Assembly (NCBI GenBank): GCA_035632115.1
Contig: DASQHL010000133.1
Location: 792-64,791, forward strand
Direction: 5' to 3'
DNA from: Dehalococcoidia bacterium
Lineage (GTDB): Bacteria > Chloroflexota > Dehalococcoidia > DSTF01 > JACRBR01
DNA length: 64,000 nt
Shown here: piece after piece, positions 9,172 to 17,165 of the stretch
How the letters are laid out: each line of letters starts with the position of its first letter
Numbering within the stretch: the first letter of the stretch is position 1
Notes under the pieces: generated by a model
The model's input: the letters and a program-made list of their open reading frames with translations, nothing else
What the model was told of the DNA's origin: nothing
Databases searched by the model: none
Translations under genes and position numbers: made by a program

Positions 9172-10368
9172 ATGGATCCCGCCCGTCGCTGGCAGGGCCG
9201 CCCGGTCTGGGCGGAGATCGATCTCGATGCGCTCGCGCACAACGTGCGCGCGCTGACGGCGCGCGCGGCGCCGGCGCGGCTCTGCGCCGTCGTGAAGGCG
9301 AACGCGTACGGACACGGCGCGGTGGCCGTGGCGCGTGCCGCTCTGGACGCTGGTGCGGCGAGCCTGGGAGTCGTCTGTGTCGACGAGGCCGAGGAACTCC
9401 GGCTCGCCGGCATCGAGGCGCCGGTGCTGGTGCTCGGCTACACCCAAGCGTCGGAGGCGGAGCGCATCGTCGCTCTGGGGCTGACGCCGACCGTGGACTC
9501 CGCGCAGACGGCGCTGGCGTTGTCGCGCTTCGCGGCGCAGCGCGGCGTCACGCAGCGCGTCCACGTCGAGTTGGAGAGCGGCCTGAACCGGCACGGCTTG
9601 CCCATCGATGAGCTCGTGCCGTTCGCGGAAGGGCTGCGGGCGCTGCCGGCGATCGAAGTGGAAGGGATCTTCACCCATTTCGCCGCGGCCGAAGAGGGCG
9701 ACAGCGCCTTCACGCGCATGCAGTACGATGCGCTGCTCGCCGCGGCGCGCCGCCTGCCGTGGATCCCCGTGCGGCACTGCTCCGCATCGGCCAGTGTGCT
9801 GCTGACGCCGGACATGGCGCTGGACATGGTGCGCGCCGGCCTGGGCATCTACGGCTACGAGCCGGCGCCGGGCGCGTCCGGCCACGTGGAGTTGCGGCGC
9901 GTGCTCTCGCTGAAGAGCCGCGTGGCGCGCGTCATCGACATCGACCCGGGGGCCACCGTGGGCTACGGCCGCACGTGGACCGCGCAGCGACCCTCGCGCA
10001 TCGCGCTGATCATGTGCGGCTACGCCGACGGGCTGCGGCGCGCCCTCTCCAACCGCGCCGGCGTGTTGCTGCGTGGCCGGCGCGCGCCGATCGCGGGCCG
10101 CATCGCCATGGACATGTGCATGGCCGACGTGACGGACATCGACGGCGTTGCGCCGGACGACGAGGTCGTTATCATTGGTGCGCAGGGCGGCGCAGCCGTC
10201 GACGCCGACGAGTTGGCCGCGCTCGCCGGCACCATTTCGTGGGAGGTCCTGGCGGGGATCAGCGCCCGTGTGCCGCGCCTGTACCTGGCCGGCGGGGTCC
10301 CCGTCTCGGAGACAACGCTGAACCAACGCGTGCCCGCGCCCCTCCGCGAGGTGACGCCCGCCCGCTGA
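9172..10368 (+). CDS. alr: Alanine racemase
   Basis: PLP-lysine motif AVVKANAYGHGA. Full-length alanine racemase similarity. Confidence 0.9.
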   Translation: MDPARRWQGRPVWAEIDLDALAHNVRALTARAAPARLCAVVKANAYGHGAVAVARAALDAGAASLGVVCVDEAEELRLAGIEAPVLVLGYTQASEAERIVALGLTPTVDSAQTALALSRFAAQRGVTQRVHVELESGLNRHGLPIDELVPFAEGLRALPAIEVEGIFTHFAAAEEGDSAFTRMQYDALLAAARRLPWIPVRHCSASASVLLTPDMALDMVRAGLGIYGYEPAPGASGHVELRRVLSLKSRVARVIDIDPGATVGYGRTWTAQRPSRIALIMCGYADGLRRALSNRAGVLLRGRRAPIAGRIAMDMCMADVTDIDGVAPDDEVVIIGAQGGAAVDADELAALAGTISWEVLAGISARVPRLYLAGGVPVSETTLNQRVPAPLREVTPAR

Positions 10369-10381
10369 CCGGAGAGACACC

Positions 10382-10900
10382 ATGCCGGAACAGAGCCCGA
10401 ACGTCTTTACCTACCCACGCAACGAGCCCGGCACCCAGGGCCACCTCGACCTCGTCGAGGCGCTGCGCGTGATGCCGCAGCAGCTCGCCGAAGCCCTGCG
10501 TGGCGCGACCGACGCCGAGGCGGTCCGGCGCGAGGCGCCCGGCCGATGGTGCATCAAGGAGCTGGTCGGTCACCTGCGTGACGCCGCCGAGGTCTACCAT
10601 CAGCGGCTGTACATGATGGCCACGCAGACCGATCCCGTGCTGGAGCCGTACGATCAGGATGCCTTCGCCGCGGAGCACCACTATATGGATCGCGACATCG
10701 ACGCGATGCTGCGCGAGCTGGCGTCGTTTCGCGCCGTTACCGTGGAGCTGCTGACGACCCTGGTCAACTGGAACTGGGCGCGGACGGGCCAGCACCTGGA
10801 GACCGGCCGCCTCAGCATCCGCCAGATCGTGGAGCACATGGTGGAGCACGAAACCGGCCACATCGGCGAGATCCGGCGGCTGCGAGCGGGTGCCCCGTAG
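10382..10900 (+). CDS. DinB/YfiT-family (DinB_2) metal-dependent protein, a putative thiol-dependent transferase/hydrolase
   Basis: DinB_2 four-helix-bundle signature with conserved His residues (…KELVGHLRDAAEVYHQRL…, …IVEHMVEHETGHIGEI…). Confidence 0.75.
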   Translation: MPEQSPNVFTYPRNEPGTQGHLDLVEALRVMPQQLAEALRGATDAEAVRREAPGRWCIKELVGHLRDAAEVYHQRLYMMATQTDPVLEPYDQDAFAAEHHYMDRDIDAMLRELASFRAVTVELLTTLVNWNWARTGQHLETGRLSIRQIVEHMVEHETGHIGEIRRLRAGAP

Positions 10901-10924
10901 CGGACGCCAGCGAGCCCGCCAGGG

Positions 10925-11962
10925 TTAGCGCCGGCGCAGGCGCCGCCGCCGGTCGAAGCGGTCCGTCAGCACCACCTCCCGGTCACCTGCGTGCAGCGCG
11001 AACGTGAAGAACCAGCCGGCTAGCGCCAGCATGAGCGCGCCGCCGAAGAACGACCACTTCCACCACTGCGTCGTCGCGCCGTCGTTGCCGGCGGAAGGCA
11101 GCCCGCCGGCCTTGCCGCTCGCCGTCGGTTCGACACCGCCCGCAGGGGGCGCCGCGAGCGCCGGCGTCGGCTGGTTGGCATTGGAGATGACGGTGATGCG
11201 CGGCGTCGCCGTTGGTGCCGCCGTCGTGGTGGCGGCGGGCGTGCCCGTGGTCGTGGCCGCCGGTGTGCCCGTCGCCGTCGTCACGGGCGTGTTGGTGCTG
11301 GTGGCGGTTGCCTGCGGCGTCGCCGTAGACGGGGCCACCGGCGTGCTCGTTGGGGTCGCAGTGACCGTCGGCGAGAGCGTCGGCGTCGCCGTCGGCACGG
11401 CGCCGCCCACCACGACGATCGTCGGGTTGCCGAGCGCCGGCGTGCTGGGCGTCGCCGTGCCGTCCTTTACCTGCACCCAGCTCCACTGGATGTTGGCGTT
11501 CCCGTTGGCCAGCGCGATGAACTGGATCGTCGCGACCGTGCCACCCCCGCTCACCTCCAGGCCGCTGTTGAGCTGGTACTCGTAGTTGATCTGGCCCGCC
11601 GGGTTCACCGAGTTGGTCAGCACGGCGCCCTCGGTCTGGTAGTTGAGGTCGGTGCCCGGGAACCACCCTGGCAGGATCTGCGTGCCGGGGGTCGCGTTGT
11701 CGGAGTCGGTCACCGCCACGATCGACGGATCGTACGTAATGCGGAATGCGACGTCATTGACGCTGGTGGCGTTCGACGCGGAGACCACCACCAGCACGCT
11801 CTGGCCGACGTTGAGCGACTGGCTTGACGGGGTCATCGATAGCGTGGCGGACGGGTTGGCCTGGACGCTGGGCGTGCGGACCAGCAGCAGCGCGCACACG
11901 GCTGCGATAGCGACCGGGAGGCGCGCGAGCACGCGCGCGCGGAGACGGTGCCGTCCTTGCAT
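10925..11962 (-). CDS. Exported cohesin-domain protein with a Thr/Pro/Ala-rich linker and a C-terminal TM anchor
   Basis: Signal peptide MQGRHRLRARVLARLPVAIAAVCALLLVRTPSVQA from the internal ATG at 11962. Cohesin-like beta-sandwich region. About 90-aa TPTATPT… low-complexity linker. C-terminal hydrophobic helix followed by an RRRRLRRR tail. Confidence 0.7.
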   Translation of the reverse strand: MQGRHRLRARVLARLPVAIAAVCALLLVRTPSVQANPSATLSMTPSSQSLNVGQSVLVVVSASNATSVNDVAFRITYDPSIVAVTDSDNATPGTQILPGWFPGTDLNYQTEGAVLTNSVNPAGQINYEYQLNSGLEVSGGGTVATIQFIALANGNANIQWSWVQVKDGTATPSTPALGNPTIVVVGGAVPTATPTLSPTVTATPTSTPVAPSTATPQATATSTNTPVTTATGTPAATTTGTPAATTTAAPTATPRITVISNANQPTPALAAPPAGGVEPTASGKAGGLPSAGNDGATTQWWKWSFFGGALMLALAGWFFTFALHAGDREVVLTDRFDRRRRLRRR

Positions 11963-12139
11963 GCAGATCCTCGAGTCGGTATCGGAGCCGGCGCACGGAC
12001 GGCGCAAGGTGCTGCCACCCAGCGCGTCCCAGATACGGCGATCCGCGGCGCCGCGTCGGGGAACTCCGGGGTGAACATCAGGGAGACGCGTCGCGGAATG
12101 CCGCGTCCCGCGCGCCAGGCCGTCGTACCGTCGTACGTG

Positions 12140-12811
12140 CTACGCCTGCGGGGTCAGCTTCGCGACAAGATGCAGACGCCGGTCGAAGAGCAGGCTCGCC
12201 GGCCACGGGTACAGCCCCGCGTGCTCGCTCCACTGCCGCACGTCCAGGCCTGCCGCCGCAAACGCGGCGCGCCACTCGCCCGGCGAGAGGTAGTGGTACG
12301 GGAGCGCCACGCCGTGCTGGTGATTCCCGAACCAGTCCATGAAGCGCAGCGTGCGCTGCGCCAGCAACCCCTGCCGCAGGTGGTCCTTGATCACGATGCA
12401 ATCGCCCGCCACCCGCCGCGCCTCCCGGAGCAGCGGCAGCGGGTCGATCGTGTGGTGCAGCACGTCGACGAACAGCACGGTATCGAAGCTGGCGGCCGGA
12501 TGCGGGATCGTGCTCCCATCGAACTGCTCCACGGGGATGCGCGCGCCCGGCCGCACGAGCACCTCGACGCCGTGGATCGTGACGTCCGGACGCTCGCGGA
12601 GGATCATCGCGTCGAGCGTGCCATCGCCGCAGCCGACGTCCAGGATGCGCGCCCCCCGCGGCAGGAGCGGTCCGAGCTGCGCGGCGAGCCTGCGCACTCT
12701 GCGTCCGAAGACGAACCTCGCGTGGATGTCGCCGCCCCGCCTGTTCGCCGTCGCGCCGGGCGGCGTCGGCTGCCCCTGCGGCGGCGGCCGGCCGGGCTCC
12801 CCGGCGTTCAC
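12140..12811 (-). CDS. Class I SAM-dependent methyltransferase
   Basis: Motif I ILDVGCGDGTLD. GTG start overlaps the TGA stop of the upstream GT2 gene (GTGA). The remainder of ORF 12140..13675 is antisense to the GT2 gene. Confidence 0.7.
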   Translation of the reverse strand: MNAGEPGRPPPQGQPTPPGATANRRGGDIHARFVFGRRVRRLAAQLGPLLPRGARILDVGCGDGTLDAMILRERPDVTIHGVEVLVRPGARIPVEQFDGSTIPHPAASFDTVLFVDVLHHTIDPLPLLREARRVAGDCIVIKDHLRQGLLAQRTLRFMDWFGNHQHGVALPYHYLSPGEWRAAFAAAGLDVRQWSEHAGLYPWPASLLFDRRLHLVAKLTPQA

Positions 12812-13977
12812 TCCGTCTCCAGCAGGCTGGCGAGCGCGCCGACGAGGCCGATGTTGACGCCGACAATGATCAGCGCCTGCGCGATCGCGGCCAGGTCGAG
12901 CGTGCTGATACCGGAGATGGTGACAAAGGCGAGCACCAGGTCCAGCGCGGCGCCGGCGGCGATCAGCGCCAGCGCCAGCGCGATCAGCGCCTCCAATCCC
13001 AGGTAGCGGCGGTAGAAGCGCAGCACCGCGTCTTCGTTCGTGATGCCGCGCCGCGTCGTGAACAGCCGCGAGGCGAAGCCCAGCAGCAGCGCGTTCACGC
13101 CCACGACCAGGAAGATGCCGCCGGCGAAGATCGGCTGCCAGCGCGTGTCGCCGATCTGGATGCCGTTCGCCGGCAGCGCCAGAGCGAGCGTCAGCACGCC
13201 GACGACCGTCAGCAACGCGCCCGGGAGCGTGAACAGGTAGTTCGGGCTGGCGAGCAGCAGGAAGCGCAGGTGGCGCCACCCGTCTCGGAACGTGTTGAGC
13301 TTCGCCTCGCCGAGCCGTTCGCCGTACGGCACCGGCACCTCGGCGACCTTCAGGCCCCGGCGTGCCGCCTTGAGGATCATCTCGGACGCCAGCTCCATGC
13401 CGTCCGTGCGCAGCTCCAGCCGGTCGAGCGCGCCCCGCGTGAAGGCGCGGAGGCCGCACTGGCTGTCGCCGGCACGGAGGCCCGTGAACAGCTTCAGCAG
13501 GAACGAGATCGCCGGCGTGCCAATGTAGCGGTGGCTCCACGTCATGGCCCCGGGCGCGATGCCCCCGGCGAACCGGTTGCCCACCGACATGTCGTACCCC
13601 TCGGCCAGCGGTTGGATCAGGCCGCCGAGGTCGCTGAAATCGTACGTGTCGTCGCAGTCTCCCATGACCAGCCATTCGCCGCGCGCCTCGGCGAAGCCGC
13701 GGCGCAACGCCGCCCCGTAGCCGCGCGCGGACTCGCGCACCACCCGCGCCCCGGCGGTGGCGGCTATCTCGGCGGAGGCGTCCTCCGACCCGTTATCGAC
13801 GACGATCACCTCGCCCGGCGTTCGGGTGCGCTTCAGCCAGTCCTGCGCCTTCCGCACGCAGACGCCGACCGTCTGCTCCTCGTTCAGGCACGGCATGACG
13901 ATGGAGACGAACGCCTGCGCGTTCACCGCGGCGGCGCGCGCCTCGTACGCCGGTTGACCGGGACTGTTGCTCGCCAC
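12808..13977 (-). CDS. GT2-family polyprenyl-phosphate sugar synthase-like glycosyltransferase (DPM1/GtrB/Ppm1-like), catalytic domain plus C-terminal TM helices
   Basis: N-terminal …SIVMPCLNEEQTV…VIVVDNGSEDASAEIA… (GT-A DxD region). Four C-terminal hydrophobic helices. GTG start at 13977 follows GAAAGGG. The upstream part of ORF 12808..15291 is non-coding or antisense. Confidence 0.75.
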   Translation of the reverse strand: MASNSPGQPAYEARAAAVNAQAFVSIVMPCLNEEQTVGVCVRKAQDWLKRTRTPGEVIVVDNGSEDASAEIAATAGARVVRESARGYGAALRRGFAEARGEWLVMGDCDDTYDFSDLGGLIQPLAEGYDMSVGNRFAGGIAPGAMTWSHRYIGTPAISFLLKLFTGLRAGDSQCGLRAFTRGALDRLELRTDGMELASEMILKAARRGLKVAEVPVPYGERLGEAKLNTFRDGWRHLRFLLLASPNYLFTLPGALLTVVGVLTLALALPANGIQIGDTRWQPIFAGGIFLVVGVNALLLGFASRLFTTRRGITNEDAVLRFYRRYLGLEALIALALALIAAGAALDLVLAFVTISGISTLDLAAIAQALIIVGVNIGLVGALASLLETE

Positions 13978-14211
13978 GCCGCACCCTTTCGAGGCAGGAC
14001 ACGTCCAACCGTGCTGTCGCGTGACGCTGCCCCACGCGGTCCGGCCTCGCGGTCTACCATACTGCCCGTGGGCGCCGGCGGCCAAGCGATCGGGCCACCA
14101 CGCGGCCGAATGGCCGCGTTCCCGCTGCTGGGAGCACGCGGGGCGCCATTGTGGGGAGCGATCCGCGGCAGATACGCTGCCGGGCAGCATGCCGATGCAC
14201 GTGACCCGGGG

Positions 14212-17025
14212 ATGCCTGTACCAGCGGTGCTGCCCGTGAGCGCGCCACGTCGGTGGGCGCAACGTCTCCGCCGGACGTGGCCCCGGACGCCAGCCTCCAT
14301 CGCCATCACCATCGCCCTGGGCGTCAACCTGCTGGTGGCCGGCGCATACCTCTGGAGTCGCGGCGGCGAGACGATTCATCTGCGGATGGTCGCGCAGGAT
14401 GACCACTTCACGGTGTTCGTCAACGGGCGCGAGCAGGCGTCGGCGCGGCTCGAGGCGGCCGCCACGGGCGGCATCCGCCTGACGGTCGCCGACACGGGCG
14501 CGATCCCGAGCCTGCCGACGCCGCGCGGGATCGATAGCGTCCGCGTCACGGACCTCGCCACCAATGCTGTGCTCTTCCAGGACGACTTCTCCAGGTCGCC
14601 GCGGGACAACGCGGCGTGGCGCATCGTGGGGACGCCACTGGTGAACGGCGGTGCCGTCGGCGCAGGCCAGCAGGGCGTGACGCTGCAGTCCTTCGGCCAC
14701 CCGTGGCACAACTACGCCGTCGATGTCACGTATCGCAACATCGTGGCGGCGTCCGTCCGTGTGCGCGCGGCGGACGAGCAGAACGGCGTCGATTTCAGCT
14801 TCCGGCCATTCCGGCACCTGGACAACTCGCTCTCGCTCCTCGTCAACGGCAAGACCGTCACGTCGATCTCCGGTCCGACCCTGAAGCTCTCGCCGCAGAC
14901 GACGATCCGGTCGATGCTGTGGACGCTGCTGGACCCGTATCCAAAGGTCGCGCTGCTGCTGCTCGTGGGGTTGATCGCCGTGGCGGTGCTGCAGTTCGTG
15001 CCGGCGGAGACCGTGCGTGCGCTGCATGTGCCGCTGCCGCGGGCCGCACCGTGGCTCGCCGTCGGAGCGATGGCGGCGGTGGCGTTCGCCGTGACGTTGT
15101 TCCTGGGGTACGTGTACGGGAGCCACATGCCACACGTCCCGGATTCGGTGTCGTACGTGTTCCAGGCGAAGGTGCTGGCTGCGGGCCACCTCTCGGCGCC
15201 GGCGCCCCCCTCTCCGGCGTTCGACTTCTTCTTCCCTCCACTGATCGAGGTGCACCACGGGCGTTGGGCCAGCGTCTACCCGTTCGGCCACCCGCTGGTC
15301 CTCGCGGTCGGCGAGCTGTTCCGCGCCATCTGGCTGGTGCCACCGCTGATCGGCGCGGCGGGCGTGGCGCTGATGTTCGCGGTCGGGCGGCGCCTATACA
15401 ACGTGCGGACGGCGTTGCTGGCCGCCCTGCTGCTGGCCGGCTCGCCGTTCTTCATGATGTCGGCAAGCGACTACATGTCGCACAACACCGCCGCGTTCTA
15501 CGTGCTGCTGTCCGTGCTGTTCCTCGTGTTGCACGATCGGCGGCCGCTGTTGTTCCCGTTCCTCTCCGGTGTCTTCTTCGGGCTGCTCTTCAACACCCGC
15601 CCGCTGACGGCGGCGGGCCTCGTCGCGCCGTACGGCGTCATGCTGCTGAGCTTCCTGGTGCCCCGCAACGGGCGGAAACTCGCGCTGAAGCAGATCGTCG
15701 CATTCGCAGCCGGAGGGCTGCTGATGCTGCTGGCGTACTACCTGTACACGTGGGGCGCGACGGGTAGCCCGTTCACGATCTCCGCCACGCAGGCGAATAA
15801 GAACAACGTCGGGTTCGGCGGGACCCACACCCTGGCTGCCGGCGTCTCGAACGACCAGACGCAGCTGGCCATGCTGGCTCTTGTCCTCAACGACTGGCCC
15901 GTGTACCTCGGCCTGGTGGTGGTGCTCCTGCCGTTCATCCTGGGTACGCGCAACCGCTGGGACTGGTTCTTCCTCGCGTGCGCGGCCATGGCCATGGGCG
16001 TGTACACGCTCTACTACTCGCCGGGAATCATGCACGGGCCGCGGTACTGGTACGAGGCGACGCCGTTCCTGCTCCTCCTGACGGCGCGTGGCGTCGACCG
16101 CGCGGCGCGGTTGCTGGCGGCCGGCGCGGCGCACCTGCGGACGCGGCTGCTGCGCACGGAGGCCGCGCCGGCCGAGTGGGCCGGCGTGTCCGTCACGTAC
16201 GCGTTCGTCGTCGTGCTGATAGCGGCGGGCGCCTACGGGTGGCTGCGCGGCGACGGCAAGCCCTGGCGCATCGACCTCATGCCGGCGCATGCGCGCGACC
16301 TGCGTGGATTCAACGGCGCCAACGACGCCTTCACCCGGACGGTCGCCGCTGCCCACCTGCACAACGCCCTCGTGCTGATGCAGCCGTGCCCGAACTGGCA
16401 GTGCTACGGCACCGTGTTCTGGACCATGTCGCCGTGGCTCACCGGGAACGTGGTCTACGCGCGGAACCTCGATGGTGGGCTCCAGCCCGTCTTTGACGCC
16501 TTCCCGGATCGCCGGGTCTACATCGGCGACTGGGCTGCGCGCACCCTCCTGCCCTACGGCGCCACGCCGGCCGCGGTCGGGCCCTCGCAAGGCCCGGCGA
16601 CCGCGCCGCGCGCGAAGGAGATCCCCACCGAGGCACCGCGCGCCACGCCCACCCCGGCGCCGACTCCGACCATCGATGTGGCGCTCGCGTCGCGGCGGGA
16701 TACCGCCCGCCGCAAGGATCTGGACGCCGTGGCAGCGGCGCTCGATCGGTACCGGTCGCAGCACGGCGCCTATCCGCAGGTCAACGGCGTGCAGACGCTC
16801 TGCGGCTACCCGTCCGATGTCGGCTGCGTGCTCAAGAAGGTGCTCGACCCGCTGCCGACCGACCCACGGAACAACCAGTCGTACTGGTACACGTCTGACG
16901 GCACGTCGTTCACGCTGTTTGCGGAGATGGAAGAGGCGCCCGGGCCGTCCCAGTGCCCCAACCCCGCGCCCGAGCACCTGGCCGGCGTGCCGAATCTGTA
17001 CTGCGTCCATCGTGGCTCCGGTTGA
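14212..17025 (+). CDS. PMT/ArnT-like (GT-C fold, PMT_2/GT39-GT83-like) membrane glycosyltransferase with an N-terminal beta-rich extracytoplasmic domain and a C-terminal T2SS GspG/pseudopilin-like domain
   Basis: Uses the frame of ORF 13270..17025, whose 5' part is antisense to the GT2 gene. Candidate starts are the ATGs at ~14110 and ~14212. There are at least 10 predicted TM helices. C-terminal motif LDAVAAALDRYRSQHGAYPQ…DPLPTDPRNNQSYWYTSDGTSFTLFAEME matches GspG-type pseudopilin globular domains. Confidence 0.75.
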   Translation: MPVPAVLPVSAPRRWAQRLRRTWPRTPASIAITIALGVNLLVAGAYLWSRGGETIHLRMVAQDDHFTVFVNGREQASARLEAAATGGIRLTVADTGAIPSLPTPRGIDSVRVTDLATNAVLFQDDFSRSPRDNAAWRIVGTPLVNGGAVGAGQQGVTLQSFGHPWHNYAVDVTYRNIVAASVRVRAADEQNGVDFSFRPFRHLDNSLSLLVNGKTVTSISGPTLKLSPQTTIRSMLWTLLDPYPKVALLLLVGLIAVAVLQFVPAETVRALHVPLPRAAPWLAVGAMAAVAFAVTLFLGYVYGSHMPHVPDSVSYVFQAKVLAAGHLSAPAPPSPAFDFFFPPLIEVHHGRWASVYPFGHPLVLAVGELFRAIWLVPPLIGAAGVALMFAVGRRLYNVRTALLAALLLAGSPFFMMSASDYMSHNTAAFYVLLSVLFLVLHDRRPLLFPFLSGVFFGLLFNTRPLTAAGLVAPYGVMLLSFLVPRNGRKLALKQIVAFAAGGLLMLLAYYLYTWGATGSPFTISATQANKNNVGFGGTHTLAAGVSNDQTQLAMLALVLNDWPVYLGLVVVLLPFILGTRNRWDWFFLACAAMAMGVYTLYYSPGIMHGPRYWYEATPFLLLLTARGVDRAARLLAAGAAHLRTRLLRTEAAPAEWAGVSVTYAFVVVLIAAGAYGWLRGDGKPWRIDLMPAHARDLRGFNGANDAFTRTVAAAHLHNALVLMQPCPNWQCYGTVFWTMSPWLTGNVVYARNLDGGLQPVFDAFPDRRVYIGDWAARTLLPYGATPAAVGPSQGPATAPRAKEIPTEAPRATPTPAPTPTIDVALASRRDTARRKDLDAVAAALDRYRSQHGAYPQVNGVQTLCGYPSDVGCVLKKVLDPLPTDPRNNQSYWYTSDGTSFTLFAEMEEAPGPSQCPNPAPEHLAGVPNLYCVHRGSG

Positions 17026-17165
17026 CCGGCCCTGCTCGAGCGGCGGGGTATGATGGTGCCCGATATGGAGCATGAGGCCCCAGCCGCCCGCCCGCGCACG
17101 GTGGCACGCGCTCTGCCACGCCCGTCCCGGCTGACGAACGACCTGCGCATTAGCCTCCTGAAACC

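Noticed and set aside
11180-11400. Repeats of ACGCCCACC/GCCACGCCG type (also 59870-59990 and 61590-61670) resembling short tandem repeats.
   Set aside because: They are in-frame codons for Thr/Pro/Ala-rich linkers of exported proteins. They are coding low-complexity sequence, not non-coding STRs.
12812-13675. Upstream two-thirds of ORF 12140..13675 (-).
   Set aside because: This part is an out-of-frame read through the GT2 gene. The methyltransferase begins at the GTG that overlaps the GT2 stop codon.
13270-14211. 5' third of ORF 13270..17025 (+), translated as MAPPVSERVELRLAEPF….
   Set aside because: This part is antisense to the well-supported GT2 gene (12808-13977) and has no protein signature. 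The real GT-C gene most likely starts at the in-frame ATG ~14212, or possibly ~14110.
17026-17165. Intergenic 140 bp between the two GT-C genes, checked for a tRNA or small RNA gene; it contains a short GTGGCA…TGCCAC repeat.
   Set aside because: There are no tRNA-like conserved elements (no GTTCGAATC/T-loop). The stem is only 6 bp without a U-tract. It is most simply a spacer with a weak RBS for the next gene.
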